A stretch of 52,697 bases of DNA from Clostridia bacterium (GCA_017501105.1 JAFVXO010000117.1:1-52697); one strand, 5' to 3'; positions 8,793 to 18,567 are shown, counted from the first letter of the stretch. Numbers and translations are program-made. The notes: generated by a model not told the origin, from the sequence alone.

Positions 8793-11177
8793 TTATCTCA
8801 GCTTATATCCATCCAACTGCATATATGCAATGAGTCCACTTTGATATTCATCAATTTCCTGTCCAGACAATGTGTGATCATTGCTGCCGATGGTAACATT
8901 GAATGTAAGGCTCTTGTAGCCCTCCTCGATACCTGCTCCTCTGTACAAGCTGACGAACTGCAGTTCCTTGAACAGGGGTGAATCATATCCGGAGATCTTG
9001 TCCGCAACTGTCTTGAACTGGGTGCTGCTGGGCACTACAAAGTTAAAGTCCAGCTTAACCTCCTGGTAGCGGGCGGCCTCCTTGTATACTGCCACCACAG
9101 CCTGCAACTTGGACAGAGCTGTAATATTGAGTTCCATAACTGCACAGGCAGATCTACGTGTAATCTTCTGCTTAAGGGAGGGATGCAACACTGTAATGTA
9201 ACCCAATGTCTCTCCCTGATACTTGATCAGTGCGCACTTAACGGGATGCAGCCAGTTGTAGCCCAACTCGGTATCCTTGACATACTCCAGAGTGATGTTC
9301 TTGAAGTTCCACATCATGGAATCTGCCAGACCCTTGAGCTTGTAGAACAGCTGGTCCTCGGAGCTGCCTGCAGAACAGGTTACAACTGAAAGAACACGGT
9401 TCTCAATGGACTTGTTGTCCTCTCCCAGCCTCATTGTGCTGCCGATCTCGTAGATGCTGAATGTGTCTGTGTGCTTAACGTTTGTTGCAGCTGCATACAG
9501 CATAGAGGGTGCCATAACCTCTCTGATAGTGCCGTGCTCAGGGCTGCTGGGCTTGAGCAGGTGAATGCTGCCGTGAGGCTGCAGACCGTAGCTGTGATTC
9601 AGGTTATCGTCGTACCACACATAGCTGTTGACCTCGTACATTCCGTAGCCGTCTGTCAGCATAGCCTTGATGTCGTTCTCCAGAACAGACACCTGGTTCA
9701 CGACACCTGGCATAACAGATGTCTTAAGGGGTTCAGGCTGAATGTTGTCGTAGCCGTAAACTCTGGTAATCTCCTCGATAATATCTACCTTGATAGTCAC
9801 GTCCTTGGTGGAACGGAAGCTGGGAACATCTACGGTGATGGTGTCCCCCTCCAGAGTTACTCCGAACTCAAGGGCTGTCAATGTCTTAACAACCATATCC
9901 ATGTCGATGTCCATACCTGTGTATCTCTCGATATATGCCTTGTCCAGGACTAACTGAACGGGCTTCAGGGGGCTGACATTTACGTCGGACAGGCCTGAAA
10001 CAATAGTTGTGCCGGGATCCTCCTGCATGGCCAGGTACAGAACTCTCTTGATAGCTGTAATGGCATACTCTGGATCCAGACTCTTCTCATATCTGGCGCT
10101 GGCATCTGTTCTGAGGCCCAGCTTAATGGAGGCTCTGCGGATAGAACCGCCGTTGAAGCTGGCAGACTCCAGCAATATAGCCTCTGTCTCCTCTGTTACC
10201 TCAGACTCTGCGCCGCCCTTGATACCTGCAATGGCGGTGGGCTTGTCTCCGTCGCAGATAAACAGCGTACCTGCAGGAACTGTTCTTGGAGCATCGTCCA
10301 GTGTGACGAACTCCACATCCTTGTCAAAGGACTTGACGCAGATTTCGCTGACTGTGTTGCGGTCAAAGGCGTGCATAGGCTGACCCAAATCCATCATTAC
10401 ATAGTTTGTCAGGTCTACCAGGGCGTTAATTGCTCTCATGCCACAGTAGTAGAGTCTGATTCTCATCCATACGGGGGAAACCTTTGCGTGGAAGTTGCCA
10501 AAGGCAATACATGCATACCTGTAGCACTTGTCCTCATCCACAATAGAAACGGGAACTGTGGGCAACGCGGTCAGGTCCTGGGACTCCAGGTCATAGAGAG
10601 GCATAGGTCTCAGCGGTCTGTTGAGAATAGCTGCCACCTCTCTGGCAATACCATAGTGTCCCCACAGGTCAGGCCTGTTGGTAAGGGACTTGTTGTCTAC
10701 CTCGATAATTGTGTCGTTAATGGGCAACAAATCGTGCACATCTGTGCCAACCACTGTATCCTCAGGGAATTCCATAAGTCCGCTATGGTTGTCGGAAATG
10801 CCCAATTCCTTCTCTGAGCACATCATTCCGTAGCTGGTTACTCCCACGAGCGTGGCAACTCCGATGCCATCAATTCCGGGAAGCTTGGCTCCCACTGTAG
10901 CCAGAGGCACAATCATGCCGGGCCTAACATTAGGTGCACCGCAGACAATCTGAACTGTCTCGTCTCCCTTGTCCACCTGGCAAATGTGGAGCTTCTTGGA
11001 CTCAGGATGCTCCTCTACAGTCAAAACCTTGGCTGCGACAACGCCGGAAATGTCTGTACCCTTGGTCTCGTATCCCTCAACCTCGGCTGTTGTCATTGTA
11101 AATCTGTGAACCAACCAGGCTACATCTACGCCGGTCAAGTCCACATAGTCGTTAATCCAATTTAATGAAATATACAT
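8793..11177 (-). CDS. pheT: Phenylalanine--tRNA ligase beta subunit
   Basis: MYISLNWINDYVDL start, tRNA-binding (EMAP-like) domain, B3/4 and B5 domains, C-terminal FDX-ACB-like domain. It lies immediately downstream of pheS. Confidence 0.95.
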   Translation of the reverse strand: MYISLNWINDYVDLTGVDVAWLVHRFTMTTAEVEGYETKGTDISGVVAAKVLTVEEHPESKKLHICQVDKGDETVQIVCGAPNVRPGMIVPLATVGAKLPGIDGIGVATLVGVTSYGMMCSEKELGISDNHSGLMEFPEDTVVGTDVHDLLPINDTIIEVDNKSLTNRPDLWGHYGIAREVAAILNRPLRPMPLYDLESQDLTALPTVPVSIVDEDKCYRYACIAFGNFHAKVSPVWMRIRLYYCGMRAINALVDLTNYVMMDLGQPMHAFDRNTVSEICVKSFDKDVEFVTLDDAPRTVPAGTLFICDGDKPTAIAGIKGGAESEVTEETEAILLESASFNGGSIRRASIKLGLRTDASARYEKSLDPEYAITAIKRVLYLAMQEDPGTTIVSGLSDVNVSPLKPVQLVLDKAYIERYTGMDIDMDMVVKTLTALEFGVTLEGDTITVDVPSFRSTKDVTIKVDIIEEITRVYGYDNIQPEPLKTSVMPGVVNQVSVLENDIKAMLTDGYGMYEVNSYVWYDDNLNHSYGLQPHGSIHLLKPSSPEHGTIREVMAPSMLYAAATNVKHTDTFSIYEIGSTMRLGEDNKSIENRVLSVVTCSAGSSEDQLFYKLKGLADSMMWNFKNITLEYVKDTELGYNWLHPVKCALIKYQGETLGYITVLHPSLKQKITRRSACAVMELNITALSKLQAVVAVYKEAARYQEVKLDFNFVVPSSTQFKTVADKISGYDSPLFKELQFVSLYRGAGIEEGYKSLTFNVTIGSNDHTLSGQEIDEYQSGLIAYMQLDGYKLR

Positions 11178-11188
11178 GTCTGCCTCCC

Positions 11189-12238
11189 TTAGTAGATAAC
11201 CTTGTTGAACTGCTCCATAACTCTGATGTCTCCGGAGTTAAGTACGCGGATGTCTCTGATTCCGTAGCGCATCATGGCAAGTCTGGTCAGGCCTCCGCCA
11301 AAGGCAAAGCCTGTGTATTCCTCTGGGTCAATTCCGCCGGCTCTCAGTACGTTGGGGTGAACCATGCCACAGGGCAGCAGCTCAATCCATCCGCTCTGCT
11401 TGCATGTAGGGCAACCCTTGCCGCCGCAAATCATGCACTTAAGGTCCAGCTCAAAGCCGGGCTCAACGAAGGGGAAGAATCCAGGTCTCAGTCTGACCTC
11501 AACATCCTTCTGGAAGAACTTGGAAAGCAGCTGCTTCATGCAATAAATCAGGTTTGATATGGAAACATCCTTGTCAATTACCATGCCCTCAAACTGGAAG
11601 AAGGTATTCTCGTGGCTGGCATCGATGGACTCGTTGCGGAAGCATCTGCCGGGGGCGATAATTTTGAGAGGTGCACCAAACTTCTCCATAGCCCTGATCT
11701 GGCATGTGGATGTCTGTGTCCTAAGCAACTGTCCGTTGTCGCACCAGTAGGTGTCCTGCATATCTCTGGCAGGGTGGTCTGCTGGAACGTTCAGCGCCTC
11801 AAAGTTGTAATATTCGCTCTCCAACTCAGGACCATCTACCACGTTGAAGCCCATGGATGTAAAAATCTGTGTGAGCTCCCTTGCAACGATTGTAATGGGG
11901 TGCATAGATCCTTTGAGACCATAGTCACCGGGCAGTGTGATGTCAAATCCACCTGCGGCCTCGATTTCTCTGGCAATATCCAGGTTAACCAGTTCGGTTT
12001 CCCTGGACTTGATAAATCGCTCAACGTTCTCCCTAAAGGCACTTGCTCTTGCACCCATAACCTTGCGAGCCTCAGGTTCCATGTCCTTAAGTCCCTTGAG
12101 TACGGAGTTGATCTCACTCTTCTTGCCCAGGAATCTGACACGGATTTCCTCAAGCTTGTCCTTGGAATCGACCAGAGCTGCCTGAGCATTAAAGTCCTGT
12201 TCCAATGCGGTAAGCAAATCGAAAACGTTGTCTGACAT
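11189..12238 (-). CDS. pheS: Phenylalanine--tRNA ligase alpha subunit
   Basis: Class II aaRS motifs (GRCFRNE, FGGGLTRLAMMRYGIRDIR). An AAGGAGA RBS lies upstream of ATG 12238. Confidence 0.95.
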   Translation of the reverse strand: MSDNVFDLLTALEQDFNAQAALVDSKDKLEEIRVRFLGKKSEINSVLKGLKDMEPEARKVMGARASAFRENVERFIKSRETELVNLDIAREIEAAGGFDITLPGDYGLKGSMHPITIVARELTQIFTSMGFNVVDGPELESEYYNFEALNVPADHPARDMQDTYWCDNGQLLRTQTSTCQIRAMEKFGAPLKIIAPGRCFRNESIDASHENTFFQFEGMVIDKDVSISNLIYCMKQLLSKFFQKDVEVRLRPGFFPFVEPGFELDLKCMICGGKGCPTCKQSGWIELLPCGMVHPNVLRAGGIDPEEYTGFAFGGGLTRLAMMRYGIRDIRVLNSGDIRVMEQFNKVIY

Positions 12239-12280
12239 ATCTTTCTCCTTAATCCTATAGCCGGTGGCTATTGTAATTCG

Positions 12281-13114
12281 TCATTTGCGAGCCATAACGA
12301 CTCGGTCATTATTTCCGTAGTCCTTGACTACTCGTATATCCCTGAGGCCCGCTTGGCTAAACAGCGCCGCAACCTCTTGGCCTTGGGTATCTCCTATTTC
12401 CACCATCAGCTGTCCACCCTCCCTCAAGTAGGCGGGGGCCTCCTTGGCCAATCTCTGGTAGAAATACAGCCCTCTGTTATCTGCGTACAGAGCCATATGG
12501 GGCTCATACACCGTCACCTCCGGTTCCAGTTCCGACTCCTGCGCCGGATCTATGTATGGAGGGTTACAAACTATTAGATCAAACATACGGCCCGGCTCAA
12601 TTGCCCGGAACATATCACCCTGACAAAACACCACATCTGCCCCTAGGCTGTCTGCGTTGTGTCTTGCCACCTGCAGGGCTTCTGCGGACAGATCTGTAGC
12701 CAACACCTGTAATCCCGTTTCAGCAGCTATAGTAATTGCCACACAGCCGCTGCCTGTGCATATGTCCACGACCCTGGGGTTGTCCATGCCAGCTATGGCA
12801 TCTATGGCCTCCCGGCACAGTATCTCTGTATCAAAGCGAGGTATGAGGCATCTGCTGTCAACTGCATAGGGCCTGCCGTAAAACCAAGCCTGTCCCAGTA
12901 TGTACTGCAGCGGTCTCCTGGTATCGGCTCTCTCCTCTGCTATAGCCATAGCCGCCTCTGCCTTGGGTCCCAGTTCTATACTTGGGTCTACAATGGCCTG
13001 GGTGCGAGACACTCCAATATGCTCCAGTATAATACGGCACTCGGGTTCCGCCTCTGCTATACCGGCCTCCGTCAACCTGCGATGAATATATCCCCTGAGC
13101 TCAGCGATAGTCAT
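12281..13114 (-). CDS. prmC: Peptide chain release factor N5-glutamine methyltransferase PrmC (HemK)
   Basis: SAM motif DICTGSGCVA and catalytic NPPY (VCNPPYI). I moved the start to ATG 13114 (MTIAELRGY) because AGGTGG lies about 5 nt upstream. The track start 13138 has GGAGG abutting the ATG with no spacer. Confidence 0.9.
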   Translation of the reverse strand: MTIAELRGYIHRRLTEAGIAEAEPECRIILEHIGVSRTQAIVDPSIELGPKAEAAMAIAEERADTRRPLQYILGQAWFYGRPYAVDSRCLIPRFDTEILCREAIDAIAGMDNPRVVDICTGSGCVAITIAAETGLQVLATDLSAEALQVARHNADSLGADVVFCQGDMFRAIEPGRMFDLIVCNPPYIDPAQESELEPEVTVYEPHMALYADNRGLYFYQRLAKEAPAYLREGGQLMVEIGDTQGQEVAALFSQAGLRDIRVVKDYGNNDRVVMARK

Positions 13115-13115
13115 G

Positions 13116-14144
13116 CTACCACCTGTCTGCCTCTGCATCCTCCGGAATTACATTCTGCATGGCCTTGATGGCCACCTCCAGCATGCTGTCGTCGGGCTCC
13201 TTGGTGGTGAGCTTCTGGAACAGCAGACCGGGCTTGCTCAATGCGCTGCAGAACTTGTTCTCGTGGCTGCCCGCATACTTAATCACTTCATATGAAATAC
13301 CTGCAACAATGGGGATCAATGCCAGTTTCACCAGCATGTTGAGCCATCTGCCCAGGTCAGGTACCAGAGAAAACACTAAAATGGCGATAATCATTACCAG
13401 GAACATAAACGAAGTACCGCATCTCTTGTGCTCCTTGGGGAACTTGCGGCAATTCTCCACGGTCAGTTCCTCTCCTGACTCGTAGCAGTATATGGTTTTG
13501 TGCTCTGCTCCGTGATACATCCATACTCGGCTCATCTCATTCATCCTGTTAACCAAGGAGAGGTATGCCACAAAAATACCTATACGAACGCATCCCTCCA
13601 GCAAATTGCTGAGGACGTGAATGGCAGTAATGCTCCTATCCCAGGGGATAAATGAAACTAAGAAGCTGGGAAGCAGGATAAACAGACAAATGCTAAGTCC
13701 CAGTGCAAACACCACTGTCAGCACCAGTGCCCAGCCTGGCAGGGATTCCTTCTCCTTTTTCTCGGGTTCCTCGGTGGCTGCAACCTCGACAGCCTCTGTT
13801 TCGCCGCTCTCCGTAGCCTCTGTCTCCACTGTCTCTACAGGTTCCTGGTCAACCTTGGCATTATCTTTAGGTTCATCCTCGGAAAGGTCGATTTGCTCTG
13901 CAGAATACATGAGCTCGCCAATGCCTATCTTCATCTGGGTAAACAGATTAACTACGCCACGGATGAAGGGAATCTTGGCTGCCTTAGGGGCCTTGGGCCT
14001 GTCCATTGTCTTCTCCAAAATCTCTCCGGAGGACAATCGTACACAGGTGGATATCTTGTAAGGACCCATCATCATCAGACCCTCCATCAGGGCCTGGCCG
14101 CCAATACTAGTTTTCTTAACTTCCTTGCAGTTCTGATCTGACAT
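13116..14144 (-). CDS. DUF1385-family membrane protein (YqhQ-like) with an acidic insertion
   Basis: SIGGQALMEGLMMMGP start and the HGAEHK motif, with multiple transmembrane segments. It holds the conserved position between rpmE and prmC. The insert reads DLSEDEPKDNAKVDQEPVETVETEATESGETEAVEVAATEEPEKKEKE. Confidence 0.75.
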   Translation of the reverse strand: MSDQNCKEVKKTSIGGQALMEGLMMMGPYKISTCVRLSSGEILEKTMDRPKAPKAAKIPFIRGVVNLFTQMKIGIGELMYSAEQIDLSEDEPKDNAKVDQEPVETVETEATESGETEAVEVAATEEPEKKEKESLPGWALVLTVVFALGLSICLFILLPSFLVSFIPWDRSITAIHVLSNLLEGCVRIGIFVAYLSLVNRMNEMSRVWMYHGAEHKTIYCYESGEELTVENCRKFPKEHKRCGTSFMFLVMIIAILVFSLVPDLGRWLNMLVKLALIPIVAGISYEVIKYAGSHENKFCSALSKPGLLFQKLTTKEPDDSMLEVAIKAMQNVIPEDAEADRW

Positions 14145-14156
14145 ATCTATACTCTC

Positions 14157-14192
14157 TCAAAAAAAACAAAAGGTCGTGTTGTGCACGACCTT
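14157..14192 (-). terminator. Rho-independent terminator after rpmE
   Basis: 9-bp stem AAGGTCGTG/CACGACCTT (14170-14178 and 14184-14192). On the minus strand it is followed by TTTTGTTTTTTT. Confidence 0.75.
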
Positions 14193-14196
14193 GCGT

Positions 14197-14412
14197 TTAT
14201 TCATCTCTTCCGGTATAACCGTACTTCTTTCTGAACTTGTCTACGCGTCCGCCGGCTGTATCAACTAACTTTTGCTTGCCGGTAAAAAACGGATGGCACT
14301 TGGAACAAATTTCAACTCTGAGTTCAGGCTTTGTCGATCCTGTCTCGAATGTGTTACCACAGGCGCACTTAACTACTGCCTTCTGATAATTCGGATGAAT
14401 GCCCTCTTTCAC
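14197..14412 (-). CDS. rpmE: 50S ribosomal protein L31
   Basis: [26 protein letters not shown]...[11 protein letters not shown] prefer the GTG start at 14412 (MKEGIHP), which has GAAGGTGA 6-7 nt upstream. The track starts at GTG 14421. Confidence 0.9.
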   Translation of the reverse strand: MKEGIHPNYQKAVVKCACGNTFETGSTKPELRVEICSKCHPFFTGKQKLVDTAGGRVDKFRKKYGYTGRDE

Positions 14413-14486
14413 TTCGTTCACCTTCTTTCGATATATTGGCTCGCCTAAATCGACGAAAACTTATTTTTCAAAAATAGCCATGGACT

Positions 14487-14515
14487 ATAATAACACAGCC
14501 ATTATTCTTGTTCAA
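14487..14515 (-). promoter_or_regulatory. Sigma-A-type promoter candidate for rpmE
   Basis: Minus strand: TTGAAC (14515-14510), a 17-nt spacer, then TATTAT (14492-14487). Confidence 0.5.
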
Positions 14516-14523
14516 GTACTTTT

Positions 14524-16329
14524 TTATACCTTTACAGTCATCAGGAAACTGTTGTTATTTGGAGTCTTGAGCATCTGATTTATGACCATTTCGGTACATT
14601 CTGCAATGCCCATCTGAGAGAATGCGCGCCTGATCTTGTCTGCGGCCTCCTTCTCTGCAGGAGCCAACAGCAGGTCGTCACGGCGAGTACCAGACTTGTA
14701 GATGTCGATGGCGGGGAAAATGCGCCTCTCAGACAGCTTTCTGTCCAGGTGAATCTCCAGGTTGCCTGTTCCCTTGAACTCCTCGTAAATCAAGTCGTCC
14801 ATCTTGGATCCAGTGTCCACCAGGGCTGTGGCAATAATAGTCAAGCTGCCACCAAACTCAATATTTCTGGCTGCACCCAGGAACTTCTTGGGCTTAATGA
14901 GTGCTGCCGTATCCATACCACCTGACATGGTTCTGCCGGAGTTGGTAATTGTCAGGTTGTAGGCTCTGGTGAGTCTTGTCAGCGAATCCATCAGAACGAC
15001 CACGTCCTTGCCCTGCTCAACCATACGCTTGGCATGCTCCTGTACCATTTCAGATACCTTTACATGGTGCTCGGGTTCCTCGTCAAAGGTGGAATATACA
15101 ATCTCGCCCTTGATAGAACGCTGCATGTCCGTAACCTCCTCGGGACGCTCGTCGATCAACAGAACAATCAGGTGAACGTCGGGATGGTTGGTGGTGATGC
15201 CGTGGGCAATCTTCTTGAGCAACTCTGTCTTACCGGCCTTGGGGGGAGAAACGATAAGGCCTCTCTGTCCCTTGCCGATGGGAGCCATAATGTCCAGCAG
15301 TCTAGACGTAATTTCCTTGGAACGGTTGTTGGCATCCAGAGTCTCCAGCATAAGCTTACTCTCAGGGTATATGGGAGTCAATGTTTCGAATCTGGGCCTC
15401 TTCTCCATGGTGGCGTAGTCGTCTCCATTGAGCAATCCTATATAGCTAAGAGCCCTGAACTTCTCTCCTCTGGCAGGGCGACGGGCCTTGCCTGTGACTC
15501 TGTCGCCGGGGCGCAGGCCGAACCGCTTGATCTGAGAGGGAGAAACGTATATATCGTCGCTGCCTGACAGGTAATTTCTGGTTCTCAGGAAGCCGTATCC
15601 GTCGGCCATAATCTCCAAAACACCCTCGATGTCGTCATCGGGAATCGGCTCCGGCTTGGGAGGCTGGGCGGGTGTCTCTGCGGACTCCGCATCCTGCGCA
15701 GGGGCCTCTGCCTCTGTAACAGCACTATCTGTAACAGACTCTGCCTCGGTAGCCTCAACCTTCTTCTGGGCAGTCTTGCGACGGGAGTAGCTCCTGCGAC
15801 CCTTGGGGGTCTCTGTAATCTGTACCTGTACCGTCTCCTCTGTAGCCTCGGGTACCACCTCAGCCTGAGTCTCCTGTGGCTTAACCTCAGCGACCTCCGA
15901 CTCAGCAACCGGTTCAGCCTTGGGTTCCTCTGCCTTGGCTGCCTTGGGCTTGCGTCCGCGCTTGGCTGCCGGCTTCTTCTCCTGCTTTGCAGGGGCGTCT
16001 TCTGTGACGGGTGCCTCTGCTACTACCTCAGCTACAGGAGCATTCTCTGCCTCTGTGACTACGGTAGTCTCTGCTGCATTATCTGCAACAGGCTCAGAAT
16101 CGCTCTTGGCCTTCTTGGTTCTGGTGGATGTGGGCTTGGCCTTAGCCTTGTCAGCTGTTTTCTTCTGTTTTTTTGGAGTCTCTGCAACAGGAGCAGCGTC
16201 TCCTGTAATTGCAGAAATGATCTGGCTCTTGCGCATTTTGTCGCAACCTGGGATGCCCATTTGTGTTGCAATTGCACGCAAATCTACAAGGCTCTTGCCT
16301 TCAAGAATCGACGAAAAATCATTTGTCAT
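14524..16329 (-). CDS. rho: Transcription termination factor Rho with a roughly 190-aa low-complexity insertion in the N-terminal region
   Basis: Rho_N-like start [41 protein letters not shown] and CSD-like domain [14 protein letters not shown]. Walker A is SPPKAGKT, followed by [10 protein letters not shown] and the C-terminal ATPase. I chose ATG 16329. The track TTG start at 16416 coincides with the -35 box of the predicted rho promoter. Confidence 0.9.
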   Translation of the reverse strand: MTNDFSSILEGKSLVDLRAIATQMGIPGCDKMRKSQIISAITGDAAPVAETPKKQKKTADKAKAKPTSTRTKKAKSDSEPVADNAAETTVVTEAENAPVAEVVAEAPVTEDAPAKQEKKPAAKRGRKPKAAKAEEPKAEPVAESEVAEVKPQETQAEVVPEATEETVQVQITETPKGRRSYSRRKTAQKKVEATEAESVTDSAVTEAEAPAQDAESAETPAQPPKPEPIPDDDIEGVLEIMADGYGFLRTRNYLSGSDDIYVSPSQIKRFGLRPGDRVTGKARRPARGEKFRALSYIGLLNGDDYATMEKRPRFETLTPIYPESKLMLETLDANNRSKEITSRLLDIMAPIGKGQRGLIVSPPKAGKTELLKKIAHGITTNHPDVHLIVLLIDERPEEVTDMQRSIKGEIVYSTFDEEPEHHVKVSEMVQEHAKRMVEQGKDVVVLMDSLTRLTRAYNLTITNSGRTMSGGMDTAALIKPKKFLGAARNIEFGGSLTIIATALVDTGSKMDDLIYEEFKGTGNLEIHLDRKLSERRIFPAIDIYKSGTRRDDLLLAPAEKEAADKIRRAFSQMGIAECTEMVINQMLKTPNNNSFLMTVKV

Positions 16330-16387
16330 TGGAAAAATACCATTCGAAAAATATAAATTTTGTGTGGGGGTTGTTTTTAACGGGTTC

Positions 16388-16416
16388 AATTTAACACCAA
16401 CCATTTTTAATGTCAA
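16388..16416 (-). promoter_or_regulatory. Sigma-A-type promoter candidate for rho
   Basis: Minus strand: TTGACA (16416-16411), a 17-nt spacer, then TAAATT (16393-16388). Confidence 0.5.
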
Positions 16417-16420
16417 TACC

Positions 16421-16441
16421 TATGTGAATAACATTCACATA
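16421..16441. promoter_or_regulatory. Perfect inverted repeat (candidate operator) in the rho / dnaD-like divergent region
   Basis: TATGTGAA-TAACA-TTCACATA has 8-bp arms and a 5-nt spacer. It abuts the rho -35 box. Confidence 0.35.
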
Positions 16442-16487
16442 TGATTTTTGATAAGTCCATTTATTTGTTTTATTTTGAATATATAGA

Positions 16488-16516
16488 TTTACGATTTGCG
16501 ATTTAGTCCGTATAAT
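16488..16516 (+). promoter_or_regulatory. Sigma-A-type promoter candidate for the DnaD-like/DnaI-like operon
   Basis: TTTACG (16488-16493), a 17-nt spacer, then TATAAT (16511-16516). An AGGGGA RBS precedes ATG 16543. Confidence 0.5.
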
Positions 16517-16542
16517 GGTTTTACTAAACAAAGGGGATATTT

Positions 16543-17520
16543 ATGAAGGCAAGCCAGTCTACATCGTCTTTTTTCAATCAGATATCGGTTCCGGAGACCT
16601 TTTTATCATCTATTATGCCCCGTTTGGCCGGAGATAGTGTCAAGCTGTACATGTATTTGCTGTATTTGTCGGACAAGGGCATTAGCTTTACCCAGAGAGA
16701 TCTCATGGGTTCACTGTCCTTTACCCAGGACCAGCTGAGTGGATGTCTGCTGGAGCTGGAGACTGCTGACCTGATTGTTAAGTCCAGGGACACTATAACT
16801 ATTAACAACATTTCCGAGATGCGTCTGCATTCACTGTATCGTCCCATGGAGTCAGTTTCCCCGGACCAGGTTTCAAAACATCCTGCCCGTATGGCTGCCA
16901 TCGACACCATCAACAAGCTGCACTTCAAGGGCTTTATGTCCACCACCTGGTACACAACCATCGACCAGTGGTTTACGCTGTACGACTTTGACCCGGAGGT
17001 CATGGTTATGCTGTTTAATCAGTGCAGCAAGTATAACAAGCTCACCAACGCCAACTACGCAGCCAAGATTGCAGAAAACTGGCATGCCAACAGGATACGC
17101 ACCATTTCCGATCTGGAGGAGTTCGAGAACCGCTTTAGCGCACAGCGCCTCCTGGGCGACAAGATTGCCTCCGCCCTCAAATTGGGCCGTCAGCTGACCG
17201 ACTTTGAGTCTGCCCTGGTGGCCAAATGGCATACTACATACGGATACGACTACAGCGTAATAGAAATTGCACTGTCCCGTTCCCTGCGCTCCACCCGCCT
17301 GTCCTTTGGCTTTTTCGACAAGATTTTAACCGAATGGTTCAACGCAGGTCTCAAGACCCCTGAGCAAATCAGGGAGTACGAGGCCAAGACCAAGCAACCT
17401 GTCCCCTCATATCCGAGCCGCAAATCCCCAGGTGGCAACTTTGCCGACAGGGATTCCGGCATCAAGGAGTCAGATCAGGATGTTATCAAGAGCCTGATCA
17501 GAAAGGATAAGCAGTCATGA
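16543..17520 (+). CDS. DnaD-domain replication initiation / helicase-loading protein (B. subtilis DnaB/DnaD type)
   Basis: N-terminal winged-helix-like region, plus a C-terminal DnaB_2/DnaD-like domain (LVAKWHTTYGYDYSVIEIALSRS...FFDKILTEWFNAGLKTPEQIREYE). It is paired with the loader ATPase that follows. Confidence 0.8.
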   Translation: MKASQSTSSFFNQISVPETFLSSIMPRLAGDSVKLYMYLLYLSDKGISFTQRDLMGSLSFTQDQLSGCLLELETADLIVKSRDTITINNISEMRLHSLYRPMESVSPDQVSKHPARMAAIDTINKLHFKGFMSTTWYTTIDQWFTLYDFDPEVMVMLFNQCSKYNKLTNANYAAKIAENWHANRIRTISDLEEFENRFSAQRLLGDKIASALKLGRQLTDFESALVAKWHTTYGYDYSVIEIALSRSLRSTRLSFGFFDKILTEWFNAGLKTPEQIREYEAKTKQPVPSYPSRKSPGGNFADRDSGIKESDQDVIKSLIRKDKQS

Positions 17521-18521
17521 CAAGGCAGGAGATTAGTTCATTAATACGAGAGACCCTCTCCAACCGCCGTCTCTCTGCAGAGGCCGAGGCGGCAGACAGG
17601 CGCAGCAGGATTTATGCGGAGTATCCCGAGGTACAGGAACTGGACACGGAAATTAAGCTGTGCAGACTGTCTATTGCCAGAGCTCTCCTCCAGGACAGCA
17701 AATCCCTTGCAGTACAAAAGGACGACGAACTCAACACCCTGATTTCCCACCGGGATGCATATCTGGACGAGCAACATATTCCCGGAGACTACGATCAGCC
17801 TCGATACTACTGTCGTCGCTGCAACGATACCGGATTTATCACTGTGGACAACCAGTATCACAAGTGCTCCTGCGCCATCGAGATCGAGAATCAACTGTAC
17901 GCTGAGGTTACAGGTATACACCCCTGCAACTTCACCACCTTTGACGACTATGACCTGAGCCTGTTCTCCGACAAGATAATGCCCGACAGCATTACAGAGC
18001 TATCCCCCAGGGACAATATTGCCTCTATCCTGTCCAAATGCAGGACCTTTGTGGACTCCGATTCTGCAACTGAGCCGGGCAACCTGCTGTTTATGGGAGC
18101 CACCGGCACAGGTAAGTCCTACATGGCCAAAACCATTTGCTCGGAACTGCTTTCCGCTGGAACTATGTGCATCTACCGCACTGCTCCACAGCTCTTTGAC
18201 TGCCTGCTGAATCACCGCATGCACAGAGATGACACCGAGTCCGTGGAGGCCATGACTGCAGACAAGATATACAATGCTCCTGTGCTCTGCATTGACGACC
18301 TGGGCACAGAGGTTCCCTCTCCTGCCAAGTATGCAGATATGATTTCTATACTGGACAGCAGAGCGGAATACAACGGCCGCTACCCACGCAGGACCATTGT
18401 GGTAACAAACCTGAGGCCCGGCGACCTGAAAAACACCTACGACGAACGCATCACCTCTCGCCTGCTGGGCAACAATTTTACCCTCTGCTACTTTGAGGGC
18501 GACGACATCAGGCGCAGATAA
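17517..18521 (+). CDS. DnaI/DnaC-like helicase loader AAA+ ATPase
   Basis: ATGA overlap with the upstream gene. Cys-rich zinc module CRRCNDTGFI...HKCSC, Walker A GATGTGKSY, Walker B LCIDDLGTE. Confidence 0.8.
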   Translation: MTRQEISSLIRETLSNRRLSAEAEAADRRSRIYAEYPEVQELDTEIKLCRLSIARALLQDSKSLAVQKDDELNTLISHRDAYLDEQHIPGDYDQPRYYCRRCNDTGFITVDNQYHKCSCAIEIENQLYAEVTGIHPCNFTTFDDYDLSLFSDKIMPDSITELSPRDNIASILSKCRTFVDSDSATEPGNLLFMGATGTGKSYMAKTICSELLSAGTMCIYRTAPQLFDCLLNHRMHRDDTESVEAMTADKIYNAPVLCIDDLGTEVPSPAKYADMISILDSRAEYNGRYPRRTIVVTNLRPGDLKNTYDERITSRLLGNNFTLCYFEGDDIRRR

Positions 18522-18538
18522 ACAGGATAATGAATGCT

Positions 18539-18567
18539 AAAATCCACAACATTAAGTTGTGGATTTT
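18539..18567. terminator. Bidirectional Rho-independent terminator between the convergent dnaI-like and mfd genes
   Basis: AAAATCCACAAC-ATTAA-GTTGTGGATTTT is a 12-bp stem flanked by an A-run and a T-run, so it can work on both strands. Confidence 0.75.

Noticed and set aside
16330-16416. 29-codon N-terminal extension of rho from a TTG start.
   Set aside because: The TTG is part of a perfect TTGACA -35 box. The extension has no RBS. Rho_N homology begins at Met 30 of the track ORF.
15585-16444. Alternative-frame ORFs (107 aa on the minus strand, 174 aa on the plus strand) over the rho insertion.
   Set aside because: They are Arg/Pro/Leu- or Ala/Ser-rich read-outs of a GC-rich low-complexity coding region. 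The rho frame is continuous through it.
16543-18521. Reading the DnaD-like plus DnaC/DnaI-like pair as a prophage or plasmid replication module.
   Set aside because: There are no flanking phage, plasmid or integrase genes. The composition matches the backbone. The pair matches the chromosomal dnaB(dnaD)-dnaI arrangement of Firmicutes.
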